Notes under the pieces: generated by a model | What the model saw: the letters and a program-made list of their open reading frames with translations, nothing else | Database searches by the model: none | Told to the model about the DNA's origin: nothing | Part shown: piece after piece, positions 47,006-56,180 of the stretch | Layout of the letters: every line of letters starts with the position of its first letter | Numbering within the stretch: position 1 is the stretch's first letter | From: Candidatus Obscuribacteraceae bacterium | GTDB taxonomy: Bacteria; Cyanobacteriota; Vampirovibrionia; Obscuribacterales; Obscuribacteraceae | DNA length: 64,000 bases | Assembly: GCA_044229845.1 (NCBI GenBank) | Contig: JBGASG010000004.1 | Span: 256,001 to 320,000, forward strand | Reading direction: 5' to 3' | Translations under genes and position numbers: made by a program

Positions 47006-48541
47006 ATGAGCAAATTCAGCGAACTATCCGCCGCCAAGAAAGTGTTGCTCGTTGTGGGCGGGCTTCTCCTGCTCAACATAATTGGCTTCACGGCGCTGTT
47101 CTTTCTGCTCGGCGGTCCGCACCTGGCGCAAACCATATCCAGCATCTTCACATACAAACCAGGACCTGACGAGGACTACAGCCCCGAAGGGCGCATCAAG
47201 TCAAACTCTAAGAAAATCGCAGAGAATCCACGCGATGCCAATGCTTACGAGCAACGCGCCCAGGCATACGAAAGCCTCGATAACTACCAGTCTGCGTTGA
47301 AGGACATGAACTCCGCAATATCACTCAAAGATGGTGAAGCGGACTGGTACAAAGATCGCGCCGACATCCACGAACGGCTTGGACACTTGGACGCGGCCAT
47401 CGAAGATTACGCGCGCGCTATAAAACTAAATCCGAGCGACGACAGCTTATACGTGGATCGCGCTCATTGCTACAGCAAACTGAACAAACAAAAAGAAGCT
47501 TTCGCGGACTATGCAAAAGGGCTGGAAGTGAGCAAAAGCAAGAGCTGGATCTACTTCAACCGCGCCAGATTGTATGAGGATCTCGGTGACGACAAAAATG
47601 CGATCATCGACTACAACAAGGCGATCGATACGGCCGACAAGTCTCAGGGCGATCCGCAATCAGTGCGCAACCTGGTTGAATTGCATGATCGACTCGGCGA
47701 GACGGAGCAAGCTATAAAAGATTGCGCCCGCTGGGTGTCCATGAAACCATCCAGCTATGACGCGTACGAGATGCGCGGCGATCTCTACGAGCAATCCGGT
47801 CAGCCTGACAAAGCGAAAGCGGACTACGAACAGGCAGAGAAACTGCTCACCGAGGAGATCGAAGAAGATCACAACGCCTCCGTCCTCGACAATCGCGCTG
47901 AAATTCGGAAGAAGCTGGGTCGCATGGAAGACGCGAAAAAAGACTGGCTGCGAGCGATCGAGCGATACAAAAACAAAGAAGTCCATTTCACGGGCGACTT
48001 ATCAGAATACGACTCGATTGCCGAACTCTACGACAAGATTGGCGACACGGCATCTGCCAAGGAATGGCGGCAAAAGCATGTCGATCAGCTGTCCGAAGAG
48101 ATTAGGAAAAATCCGGAGAATGCGGATAAGTGGCACGACCGCGGCGTCGTCTATTCCGATATGAATGAGCAAGACAAAGCGCTGTCCGACTTTTCGAAGG
48201 CACTAGCATTATCGCCCTACGACGGCGACTACCACCACCACCGTGCAGTGTGCTACATCAAGCAAAAGAACTATCCACAGGCGCTCGCAGAAGCACTGAG
48301 AGCAGTCGAGTACGCCAGGGGCACCGGGAGCGATTTCCACGAAACGCTTGCCCACGCGCTTGAACTGACAGGAAGACATCAGGCTGCCATCATCGCAGCC
48401 AATCAAGCTCTAGCACGTTTTAAATCAGACGGACGCGCGCTCTATTGGCGCGCGCAAGCGGAACAAAATCTGGGACAAACCGAAGCGAGCAAGCGTGATT
48501 TCGCCCGCGCCAAGCGTTTCGGATGTGTCTCCCCGGACTGA
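47006..48541 (+). CDS. Membrane-anchored TPR protein
   Basis: N-terminal TM helix followed by many TPRs (AIEDYARAIKLNP, ALSDFSKALALSP). Confidence 0.9.
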   Translation: MSKFSELSAAKKVLLVVGGLLLLNIIGFTALFFLLGGPHLAQTISSIFTYKPGPDEDYSPEGRIKSNSKKIAENPRDANAYEQRAQAYESLDNYQSALKDMNSAISLKDGEADWYKDRADIHERLGHLDAAIEDYARAIKLNPSDDSLYVDRAHCYSKLNKQKEAFADYAKGLEVSKSKSWIYFNRARLYEDLGDDKNAIIDYNKAIDTADKSQGDPQSVRNLVELHDRLGETEQAIKDCARWVSMKPSSYDAYEMRGDLYEQSGQPDKAKADYEQAEKLLTEEIEEDHNASVLDNRAEIRKKLGRMEDAKKDWLRAIERYKNKEVHFTGDLSEYDSIAELYDKIGDTASAKEWRQKHVDQLSEEIRKNPENADKWHDRGVVYSDMNEQDKALSDFSKALALSPYDGDYHHHRAVCYIKQKNYPQALAEALRAVEYARGTGSDFHETLAHALELTGRHQAAIIAANQALARFKSDGRALYWRAQAEQNLGQTEASKRDFARAKRFGCVSPD

Positions 48542-48561
48542 TTCTAAAATCACTGACGCGT

Positions 48562-49542
48562 CTATCGCGTCCGACCCGACTCGCGCACTGAATGCGATAC
48601 CATAGGCCGCTCAGCGACAGACCCGGATTTCGATTGACCCGCTTGGGCACCGGAAGAAACAGCTGCAGCAGCCAGCGTCGGCGTGGAACCATTGCGCAGC
48701 TTGTACGCAGCAATCCGAACATAAGCCAGAGACATCAACCCGAAGGCTACGAATGGATCCAGCCACATGCGGTCTTCGCGATAGTGCTTGCGCCAGAAAC
48801 GAATCAATCCGCGGTGCGAAGAAAGGATCATCTTCGCCTTCACTTGTTTAATCGATTGACCGTAGTGATGCACGACTTTAGCGTCGGGCGTAAACCAGAT
48901 ACTCATGCCGGCTTTCTTGATGCGGTAGCACCAATCTACTTCCTCGAACAACATGAAGTAACCTTCATCGAGGGTGCCGACTTCTTCGAGCAGCGTTTTG
49001 CGAATCATCAGGCAGGCGCCTTCCGGCTGGTCGACTTCGCGGGCGTGGTCGTGCTCGAAGTCGAGCATCTTATATGAACCGAATCGCGGGTCTTTCGGAA
49101 ATAGTTTGCTGAGCCCGAGCAATTCATAGAACATGGCGGTGAATGTCGGGAATTGGCGGCAGGAGCGTTGAATAGATCCGTCCGAATTCAGCAACTGCGG
49201 TGCCACGACTGCGATGCTGGGGTTTTTGTCCAGCACCTTCATAAGCGTGCGAATCGCGCCGGGTTTCACTTCCGTGTCGGGATTGAGAAGCAACACCTTT
49301 TCACCGCGAGCGATTTCAAAAACCTGATTGTTAGCCGCCGCAAAACCGCGATTGTCTTCATTCGCAATCAGACGAACCCATGGATAATCGCGCGCCACCA
49401 TGTCGGCTGAACCGTCCGCGGACGCGTTGTCGACCACATAGACTTCCGCCGCCAGCCCATAAAGCTCATGGCGCAGGCTCTCCAGACAAGCAGCCAGGAG
49501 CGCTTGTGTGTTCCAACTAACGATGACGACGGTCAACTGCAT
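48562..49542 (-). CDS. GT2 glycosyltransferase (WbbL-like, possible rhamnosyltransferase)
   Basis: IVSWNT, VDNAS.DGS, N.GFAAANN, LLNPD, GACLMIR and EEVDWC motifs; adjacent to the rfb genes. Confidence 0.92.
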   Translation of the reverse strand: MQLTVVIVSWNTQALLAACLESLRHELYGLAAEVYVVDNASADGSADMVARDYPWVRLIANEDNRGFAAANNQVFEIARGEKVLLLNPDTEVKPGAIRTLMKVLDKNPSIAVVAPQLLNSDGSIQRSCRQFPTFTAMFYELLGLSKLFPKDPRFGSYKMLDFEHDHAREVDQPEGACLMIRKTLLEEVGTLDEGYFMLFEEVDWCYRIKKAGMSIWFTPDAKVVHHYGQSIKQVKAKMILSSHRGLIRFWRKHYREDRMWLDPFVAFGLMSLAYVRIAAYKLRNGSTPTLAAAAVSSGAQAGQSKSGSVAERPMVSHSVRESGRTR

Positions 49543-49575
49543 GGGCGTTTTGCGTGGTATCTGAAGAATCGGAGA

Positions 49576-50202
49576 CTAATTGCCACCACGTCCGGTGAGG
49601 ACCGTGCTGACTGTAAGCGCGATTATCCGCCAGTCGAGCCAGTAATTCCAGTTGTCGCAATACCACTTATCGAAACTAACTTTTTCATCATCCGCCAGTT
49701 CGTCTCGACCATTAACTTGCGCCCATCCGGTAATGCCCGGTGGAAACCGCAGTACGCCTGCTTCCTGCCGTTTCTCATTGAGAGAAACCTGATTGTGCAA
49801 CGCCGGTCGTGGACCAACGATGGTCATGTCGCCGCGTAATACATTGATCAATTGCGGCAGTTCGTCGATGCTCGTAGCGCGAATGAATTTGCCCAAACGC
49901 GTCACAGGGCTGGGCATTTTGAGCATCTGGTCGGTGGGGATATCCGGCGTATCGCAGCGCATGCTGCGAAACTTATAAATTTCGAAATACTCGCCGAAGC
50001 GACCAAAGCGTTTTTGCTTGAAGATAATCGGCCCAGGTGAATCGATTTTTATCAATGCCGCCGTCACCAGCATGATCGGCGAAAGTGCAACCAGCGCCGA
50101 TCCCGCAAGCACTACGTCCGTCACGCGCTTGCATGTTAAACCGATCTTCGTTTCCGAATTCTTAACTGGCACCGGTGCGAGTTCACTGGAAGTGTTTCTC
50201 AT
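49576..50202 (-). CDS. Initiating phosphoglycosyl transferase (PglC/WbaP-type sugar transferase)
   Basis: KR..DVV, FKQKR.G, YKFRSM, SIDELPQL.NVLRGDM..VGPRP and PGITGWAQVNGR motifs. Confidence 0.95.
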   Translation of the reverse strand: MRNTSSELAPVPVKNSETKIGLTCKRVTDVVLAGSALVALSPIMLVTAALIKIDSPGPIIFKQKRFGRFGEYFEIYKFRSMRCDTPDIPTDQMLKMPSPVTRLGKFIRATSIDELPQLINVLRGDMTIVGPRPALHNQVSLNEKRQEAGVLRFPPGITGWAQVNGRDELADDEKVSFDKWYCDNWNYWLDWRIIALTVSTVLTGRGGN

Positions 50203-50262
50203 TCTACGTTGTCACGCCTTAGGTAGAATCAGCAGCCGTCACCTAAACAGGTACTTTAGCAG

Positions 50263-51339
50263 ATGAAAGGACTAATTCTAAGCGGTGGCAAGGGTACGCG
50301 GATGCGTCCAATCACGCACACCGCGGCAAAACAGCTCTTGCCTGTGGCGAACAAACCTATTTTGTTCTATGCCGTCGAAGCCATTAAAGAAGCCGGCATC
50401 AACGAAATCGGGATCATCATCAGTCCGGAAACCGGCAATGATGTGCGTGCCACCGTCGGTAATGGCGAGCGCTGGGGCATCAAAATTGAGTACATCGTGC
50501 AGGACGAACCGAAAGGTCTGGCGCACGCTGTAGTCACCGCCCGCGACTTCCTCAAAGACTCGCCTTTCGTAATGTACCTGGGCGACAACCTTATTAAGAA
50601 TGGAGTGGCTCCTCTGGTTCGTCGGTTCGATGAATCTAAAAAGGATGCGCTGATTCTTCTTAAAGAAGTACCGAATCCTGCATCGTTCGGCGTGGCTCAA
50701 TTGAGCGACGACGGCAGCCGCATCATCTGCCTGGAAGAGAAGCCCGCCAAGCCCAAATCGAATTTGGCGCTGGTCGGTGTTTATCTCTTCAATCCACATA
50801 TTCACACCGCCATCGATCAAATCAAACCAAGCAAACGCGGCGAACTGGAAATCACCGACGCCATTCAAAAGATGATCGACCTCAGCTATCACGTCGACAG
50901 CCACGTGCTGAAGACCTGGTGGCTCGACACTGGAAAGAAAGACGACATGCTGGAAGCCAACCGCGTCGTGCTCGACGAAATGGAAGACTTCTTGATGCAC
51001 GGTCAACTGGAAGGCAACACGATCATCTCCGGTCGTGTGCACGTCGGCGTCAACTCCGTACTGCGCAACTGCACGGTGCGCGGACCGGCCGTCATCGGCG
51101 ACAACTGCGTTCTGGAGAACAGCTATGTCGGACCGTTCACATCGATCGGCGACGGCGCCAAAGTCAGCCATGCGGAAATCGAACACAGCATCTTGCGTGA
51201 AAACTGCCAGATGCTGGACTTCAATGGACGCATCGAAGATTCACTGATCGGCGTCAATGTCGAACTGACTCGCGGTCACCGCAAACCAATCGCCTACAGA
51301 TTTATGCTCGGCGACGACAGCAAAGTCGAAGTCGTTTAG
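50263..51339 (+). CDS. rfbA: Glucose-1-phosphate thymidylyltransferase, long form
   Basis: LSGGKGTRMRPIT...KQLLPVANKP, YLGDN, RGELEITD and WLDTG motifs; C-terminal left-handed beta-helix. Confidence 0.95.
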   Translation: MKGLILSGGKGTRMRPITHTAAKQLLPVANKPILFYAVEAIKEAGINEIGIIISPETGNDVRATVGNGERWGIKIEYIVQDEPKGLAHAVVTARDFLKDSPFVMYLGDNLIKNGVAPLVRRFDESKKDALILLKEVPNPASFGVAQLSDDGSRIICLEEKPAKPKSNLALVGVYLFNPHIHTAIDQIKPSKRGELEITDAIQKMIDLSYHVDSHVLKTWWLDTGKKDDMLEANRVVLDEMEDFLMHGQLEGNTIISGRVHVGVNSVLRNCTVRGPAVIGDNCVLENSYVGPFTSIGDGAKVSHAEIEHSILRENCQMLDFNGRIEDSLIGVNVELTRGHRKPIAYRFMLGDDSKVEVV

Positions 51340-51353
51340 GAGGAAACTAGCGC

Positions 51354-52427
51354 ATGCAATTGCTCATCACCGGCGGACTCGGATTCATCGGCAGCAACTT
51401 GATCCGGTACATCCTGGAAAAATATCCGCAATACAAAGTGATCAATCTCGATGCCGAGACTTATGCCGGTCACCGCGAAAACGTAGCGGATCTGGAAGGC
51501 AACCCGCGCTACACCTTCGTGAAAGGACGCATCGAAGACCAAGCTCTCGTCAATAGCATCGTATCTGGTGCCAAGTTCGGTCAGGTCGACGGCATTATCA
51601 ACGTCGCCGCCGAGACCCACGTCGACCGTTCGATCACCGACCCGTCGGTTTTCGTGCATACCAACGTGCTCGGTACGCAAGTGCTTCTGGAAGCCGCCTT
51701 CGAGTACGGCATGCGCCAGAACGGCGGCAAGCCGCGCATCCGTTTCGTCAACGTGTCGACCGACGAAGTTTATGGTTCGCTCGGCCCCACCGGTTTCTTC
51801 ACTGAAGAAACCCCCTTGCAACCAAACAGCCCGTATTCTTCCAGCAAAGCCGGGTCGGATCTTCTGTGCCGCGCTTACTTCCATACTTATGGGCTGCCGG
51901 TCATGATCACCCGCTGCTCCAATAACTATGGGCCCTTCCAGCATCCCGAAAAGCTGATTCCGTTCTTCATCAACAGCCTGCTCAACGGCAAGCAAGTGCC
52001 GGTTTACGGCGACGGCTTGAACGTCCGCGATTGGCTGCATGTCGAAGACCATTGCCAGGCGATTGATCTGGCTTTCCAGAAGGGCGTGCCCGGTGAGGTT
52101 TACAACATCGGCGGCAACAACGAGCGCACCAACATGCAGATCACCCGCCTGATCCTCAGCAAGATGGGCAAGGGCGACGAAATGATCAAATATGTTGAGG
52201 ACCGTCTCGGTCACGACAAACGTTATGCCATCGATTCGACTAAAATTCAGCGTGAACTTGGCTGGAAGCCCAAGCATACCTTCGAAACTGGCATCGTCAG
52301 CACCATCGACTGGTACTTGAGCAACACCACATGGCTGCAATCGGTCGTCAAACACGCCGATCACGCACCGCAAGCGGCCCCGGTGGTCATCCCGCCAGTT
52401 CCAACCACAACCACGGCGGTCGTCTAA
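51354..52427 (+). CDS. rfbB: dTDP-glucose 4,6-dehydratase
   Basis: GGLGFIGSN, AAETHVDRSI, STDEVYG, PYSSSKA and DRLGHDKRY motifs. Confidence 0.97.
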   Translation: MQLLITGGLGFIGSNLIRYILEKYPQYKVINLDAETYAGHRENVADLEGNPRYTFVKGRIEDQALVNSIVSGAKFGQVDGIINVAAETHVDRSITDPSVFVHTNVLGTQVLLEAAFEYGMRQNGGKPRIRFVNVSTDEVYGSLGPTGFFTEETPLQPNSPYSSSKAGSDLLCRAYFHTYGLPVMITRCSNNYGPFQHPEKLIPFFINSLLNGKQVPVYGDGLNVRDWLHVEDHCQAIDLAFQKGVPGEVYNIGGNNERTNMQITRLILSKMGKGDEMIKYVEDRLGHDKRYAIDSTKIQRELGWKPKHTFETGIVSTIDWYLSNTTWLQSVVKHADHAPQAAPVVIPPVPTTTTAVV

Positions 52428-52436
52428 AGGTAGAAA

Positions 52437-53300
52437 ATGGCCAAGCGATCTATCCTCGTCACCGGGTCCGGTGGCATGCTCGGACAAGCACTCACATCGT
52501 GCCTGGAAAGCAAAGGTCACAGCGTGCGCGGCATGCCGAGGGAAGAGCTTGATGTCACAAACTTCGAGCAGGTCAATCGGCTGATCAAAGAAGCGCAGCC
52601 GGATCTGGTCATCCATCCGGCTGCGTACACGCGCGTCGACCAGGCTGAATCGGAAGCCGACCTGGCCTTCCTGATCAACGGTTATGGCACCGAAAACATT
52701 GCCGTCACCTGCAATAACCTGCACATCCCGATGATGTACTTGAGCACCGACTATGTGTTCGACGGCGTCCAGGATCGCCCCTATCAACCCTGGGACGACA
52801 CTCGCCCCATCTCAATCTACGGCAAGTCCAAACTAGCCGGAGAGCGTGCCGTCGCGCGACACCTGAAGCGTTTCTACATCGTGCGCACCAGCTGGCTGTA
52901 CGGCCCGCACGGACGCAACTTTGTAGAAACGATTCTGCAAATGGCCAAAGAACGCGATGTGCTTCGTGTAGTTTCGGATCAGTGGGGTTCGCCCACCTGC
53001 ACTCTCACTCTGTCGGAAGTGATCGCCGAACTGATCGAGCACGATCGCTGGGGCACCTACCACGCCACCGACGGTGGTGTCACTAACTGGTACGAATTCG
53101 CCAAAGAAATTCTCAAAGACCAGAACAATGTCGAAGTGGTGCCCATCGAAACACGCGAATTTCCGCGCCCGGCTACCCGTCCGAAATACTCCGTGCTCGA
53201 CAAGACAACACTCATCCACACGATCGGTCGCGAGCCGGTACCGTGGCAGCAGGCACTCGATGAATATCTCGAGTTGCGCACCGCCAGACCGACGGTCTAA
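52437..53300 (+). CDS. rfbD: dTDP-4-dehydrorhamnose reductase
   Basis: GSGGMLG, AAYT.VDQAE, STDYVFDG, YGKSK and RTSWLYG motifs. Confidence 0.96.
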   Translation: MAKRSILVTGSGGMLGQALTSCLESKGHSVRGMPREELDVTNFEQVNRLIKEAQPDLVIHPAAYTRVDQAESEADLAFLINGYGTENIAVTCNNLHIPMMYLSTDYVFDGVQDRPYQPWDDTRPISIYGKSKLAGERAVARHLKRFYIVRTSWLYGPHGRNFVETILQMAKERDVLRVVSDQWGSPTCTLTLSEVIAELIEHDRWGTYHATDGGVTNWYEFAKEILKDQNNVEVVPIETREFPRPATRPKYSVLDKTTLIHTIGREPVPWQQALDEYLELRTARPTV

Positions 53301-53429
53301 CTATTTGGTTTTGGCGCCCTGAGTTTTTACGGACACGACAATCACAGACTTAGCTGCTGCGGGAGGTTTCTTCTCTTTCGTGCACGCCGGCTGATTCTTG
53401 CCGCCCACGGCATCTAGTCATAGATGGCG

Positions 53430-53627
53430 AGTTGGACGGACACTTCGAGTTTTGACCTCCTCCCTTTCCTCTCGGAAGGGGATTCCGGCTGGGAGTCCTG
53501 ATGGACGCCGACACGGTGGGTTCCTGCTTCATCAAAGCTGCCAGAATCTCTTCTGGTCTTGCGTCCTCTCCACAGGCTCATCGGGCGAGCCCCGCCCTGT
53601 TAGTCCCAAGCTTGTTTGCCAGGACCA
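53430..53627 (-). ncRNA. TnpB-type omega/reRNA scaffold (IS200/IS605 right end) plus putative guide, with no tnpB gene
   Basis: Minus strand reads AGGGCGGGGCTCGCCCG..GCCTGTGGAGAG..GAAGCAGGAACC..GGAATCCCCTTCCGAGAGGAAAGGGAGGAGGTCAA. This matches the recalled IS605/IS1341 3' end, with TCAA ending at 53452 and two stems capped by GAGA tetraloops. Boundaries approximate. Confidence 0.75.
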
Positions 53628-53633
53628 TACGTA

Positions 53634-53662
53634 TGTATACCACATATATTCCGTGCATGCAA
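53634..53662 (-). promoter_or_regulatory. Putative sigma70 promoter for the omega-like RNA
   Basis: TTGCAT (53662-53657), N17, TATACA (53639-53634), with an extended -10 TG. Confidence 0.55.
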
Positions 53663-53906
53663 CATCAGCCGTGCATCTGCCGGCTTCGCCGGCGGTGCCA
53701 ACTTCGGACCGCCCAGGCTGGGTCATCAGAGCAGTTTTTCAAGTATTTCGAGCTGGCCGCCTATGCCACCCGGGTTAAAAAAGACTGACTTTGATGTCAT
53801 GAGGCACTTCCAATGCGGTTCTCTGCCGATTCAGCTTCAAGATAGCTGGACTGGCAGCCGGTCTCACTGATATTCTTACCAACCGATAGACCGGAAACGA
53901 GCCTCA

Positions 53907-54473
53907 ATGCTGCAGCAAAAGATGAAATCCCTGACAAAAGACGCCATCGGTACGGAGTTCTCCAACGACATCTCCGTCCAGGACTACACTAAAAAGCCCA
54001 CAATCGAAGGTGTGCAGTTAATCAATCTGCAAATGTTCGTCGACGATGGCGGTTCGCTGGCGGAGATTGTCCGCTTCGACGACGACGGCTCGCTGCAAGT
54101 GATCCCCGAGTTCAAGGTCAAGCAATCGACCTTCTCGATGATGTTGCCGGGGACAATCAAAGCTTTCCACCTGCACTTCAACCAGGAAGATGTCTGGTTC
54201 ATCCTGCCGACCAGCCGCGTGCTGATCGGTCTTTTCGATGCCCGCAAAGACTCACCCACCTACCGCAACTCGATGCGCTTCGTGATGGGTGCCGGGCGCG
54301 CCCAGATTCTCTATCTGCCGCGCGGAGTCGCTCATGGTCTGGCTAACCCGTGGACCGAACCGGCTCACATGATTTACTTCGTCAACCAGTGCTTCAATGC
54401 TGACGATCCCGATGAGCGCCGCCTCCCCTGGGACGCTCTGGGCGCCGATTTCTGGGAAATCCGCAAGGGCTAA
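53907..54473 (+). CDS. rfbC: dTDP-4-dehydrorhamnose 3,5-epimerase family cupin
   Basis: IEGV, DDGG...E, PGTIKAFHLH..Q.D, DARKDSPT and PRGVAHG motifs. Confidence 0.88.
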   Translation: MLQQKMKSLTKDAIGTEFSNDISVQDYTKKPTIEGVQLINLQMFVDDGGSLAEIVRFDDDGSLQVIPEFKVKQSTFSMMLPGTIKAFHLHFNQEDVWFILPTSRVLIGLFDARKDSPTYRNSMRFVMGAGRAQILYLPRGVAHGLANPWTEPAHMIYFVNQCFNADDPDERRLPWDALGADFWEIRKG

Positions 54474-54661
54474 ACCGATTCATCGTTAGGCTTAGCTGCC
54501 TTACCGGCACGACGAAGTTCTTCAGCAAACTTCTGCAAGTCCATCAACTTTCGGAATCGCTGCTCCACAGTGAGCTTCAAATTTTCCCGCAAGAGAGTAA
54601 TATCGACGTCCTTTTTGTAGAACTCAATTACCGGGTCGATTTCGTGATTTTGCTCTTTCAA
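54470..54661 (-). CDS. Small hypothetical protein of the type usually paired with nucleotidyltransferase genes
   Basis: DPVIEFYKKDVDITLLRENLKLTVEQR; AGAGGA RBS. Confidence 0.65.
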   Translation of the reverse strand: MKEQNHEIDPVIEFYKKDVDITLLRENLKLTVEQRFRKLMDLQKFAEELRRAGKAAKPNDESV

Positions 54662-54713
54662 GGTTTATCCTCTGTCCTAATTATGACAGGAGAAACTTAG
54701 ATGAGACCGAGCC

Positions 54714-56051
54714 TCAGTCGCGGTAATGGCGCAGCCAGGCGCGTTCGACGGCATCAGCGACATGCTGGTGCACCGAACGATCGAGAATGCTGGGTACCAG
54801 GGTGTCTTCCTTCGCCAGTTGCGAAATAGACTTGGCGGCGGCGATCTTCATTTCATCGGTAAATATCTGAGCACCGGCGCGCAGGGCGCCGCGGAACAGT
54901 CCCGGAAATGCCAGCGCGTTGTTGATTGTGCGACCGTCTGCCGCAAAACGCGCGCCTTGAGCGATAGCTACATCAGGATGGATCTCGGGATCAGGATTGG
55001 AAAGTGCCAGGATCACCTGCCCCTTCTGCACCTTCTCGGCGGGCACCAGTCCCGGGCGCCCGGTCGTCAGCACGACAACGTCGGAATTTTCCATGACACC
55101 ATCGAGAGTGGCACGCTTGCCGCCCGCCGATTCCAATCGAGCCATCGCTTCATCGCGCAGGTCGCAACCGATGATCTCTTTGACGCCGTAGGCGAGCAGC
55201 AGTTTCGCAATGCCGGTGCCGGCAGCGCCCAGTCCGACGATGCCGACCACCGAATCGGATAGCGTCGGCAGCATGCGCCGCGTAATCGTAAGCAGCGCCG
55301 CCAGTACAACCACCGCTGTTCCATGTTGATCGTCGTGCAATACAGGAATCGACAACTCGCGCTGCAAGCGCTCTTCGATATCAAAACACTCCGGCGCTGC
55401 GATGTCTTCCAGTTGAATCGCTCCAAATGTCGGCGCGATTGCCTTCACGGTTTTGATGATCGTTTCGCTGTCCTGAGAATCAATCAAAATCGGATACGCG
55501 TTGATACCAACCAGTTCGCCGAACAGGACGCTTTTGCCTTCCATAACCGGCATGCCGGCCACCGGTCCGATGTTGCCCAGTCCGAGAATGGCAGTGCCGT
55601 TAGTGACAACCGCCACGCTGTTGCCGATAGTGGTATAGCGCCGCGCCAGAGAGATGTCCTTCTGAATCAATCGACAAATCTGAGCGACGCCGGGCGTATA
55701 AATTTTGCGCATCTCGGCGATGGTCTCCAGCGGAAACCGGCTTCGCACCGCGATCTTGCCGCCCTCATGCACTTGTTGCACGGGGTCGATGATTGATTCG
55801 ATAGTGATGCCGTCTAAGTCGCGAAGCCCTTTCTCGACGTCGCGCAGATGCTGGTCGTCATCGAGCTGCAAGCTGATTTCGCGGATTATGAAATCGGGTC
55901 CTTGCGCAACGATGGTAATTTCGCCGATGTTGGCGTGCATGTTGCCGAGGAGGGTGGCAATCTGCCCTAGAAAACCGGGCTTGTCCGTGACCCGCAAACG
56001 AAAAATTCGAATCAGTTTTTGATCCGGTCGGGTTGAAACCATGCCTGCCAT
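54714..56051 (-). CDS. NAD(P)-dependent malic enzyme with an N-terminal ACT domain
   Basis: DKPGFLG (ACT), [42 protein letters not shown] and NNALAFPG motifs. Confidence 0.95.
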   Translation of the reverse strand: MAGMVSTRPDQKLIRIFRLRVTDKPGFLGQIATLLGNMHANIGEITIVAQGPDFIIREISLQLDDDQHLRDVEKGLRDLDGITIESIIDPVQQVHEGGKIAVRSRFPLETIAEMRKIYTPGVAQICRLIQKDISLARRYTTIGNSVAVVTNGTAILGLGNIGPVAGMPVMEGKSVLFGELVGINAYPILIDSQDSETIIKTVKAIAPTFGAIQLEDIAAPECFDIEERLQRELSIPVLHDDQHGTAVVVLAALLTITRRMLPTLSDSVVGIVGLGAAGTGIAKLLLAYGVKEIIGCDLRDEAMARLESAGGKRATLDGVMENSDVVVLTTGRPGLVPAEKVQKGQVILALSNPDPEIHPDVAIAQGARFAADGRTINNALAFPGLFRGALRAGAQIFTDEMKIAAAKSISQLAKEDTLVPSILDRSVHQHVADAVERAWLRHYRD

Positions 56052-56180
56052 CGTTACCTCCAGAAGGTCCCCTATTCTAGGCGGGTTTTAGGTTCTGATC
56101 GCCTCGATGGGCGCCGGTCGTTATCTTGTGTAAGAAACATCGCCTATGCGCGGCAAGAAAGGCAGCGTTTTCAAGCGAAA

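Noticed and set aside
50278..52787. Long antisense ORFs over rfbA/rfbB (and similar ones over glpD, GT4, LysM and TcDH)
   Set aside because: These are shadow frames caused by GC-rich codon bias opposite clearly recognisable genes.
53350..53788. Short ORFs in the rfbD-rfbC gap as real genes or a tnpB fragment
   Set aside because: They have no RuvC or zinc-finger motifs. The KQEP/NPLP peptide is only the translation of the RNA scaffold.
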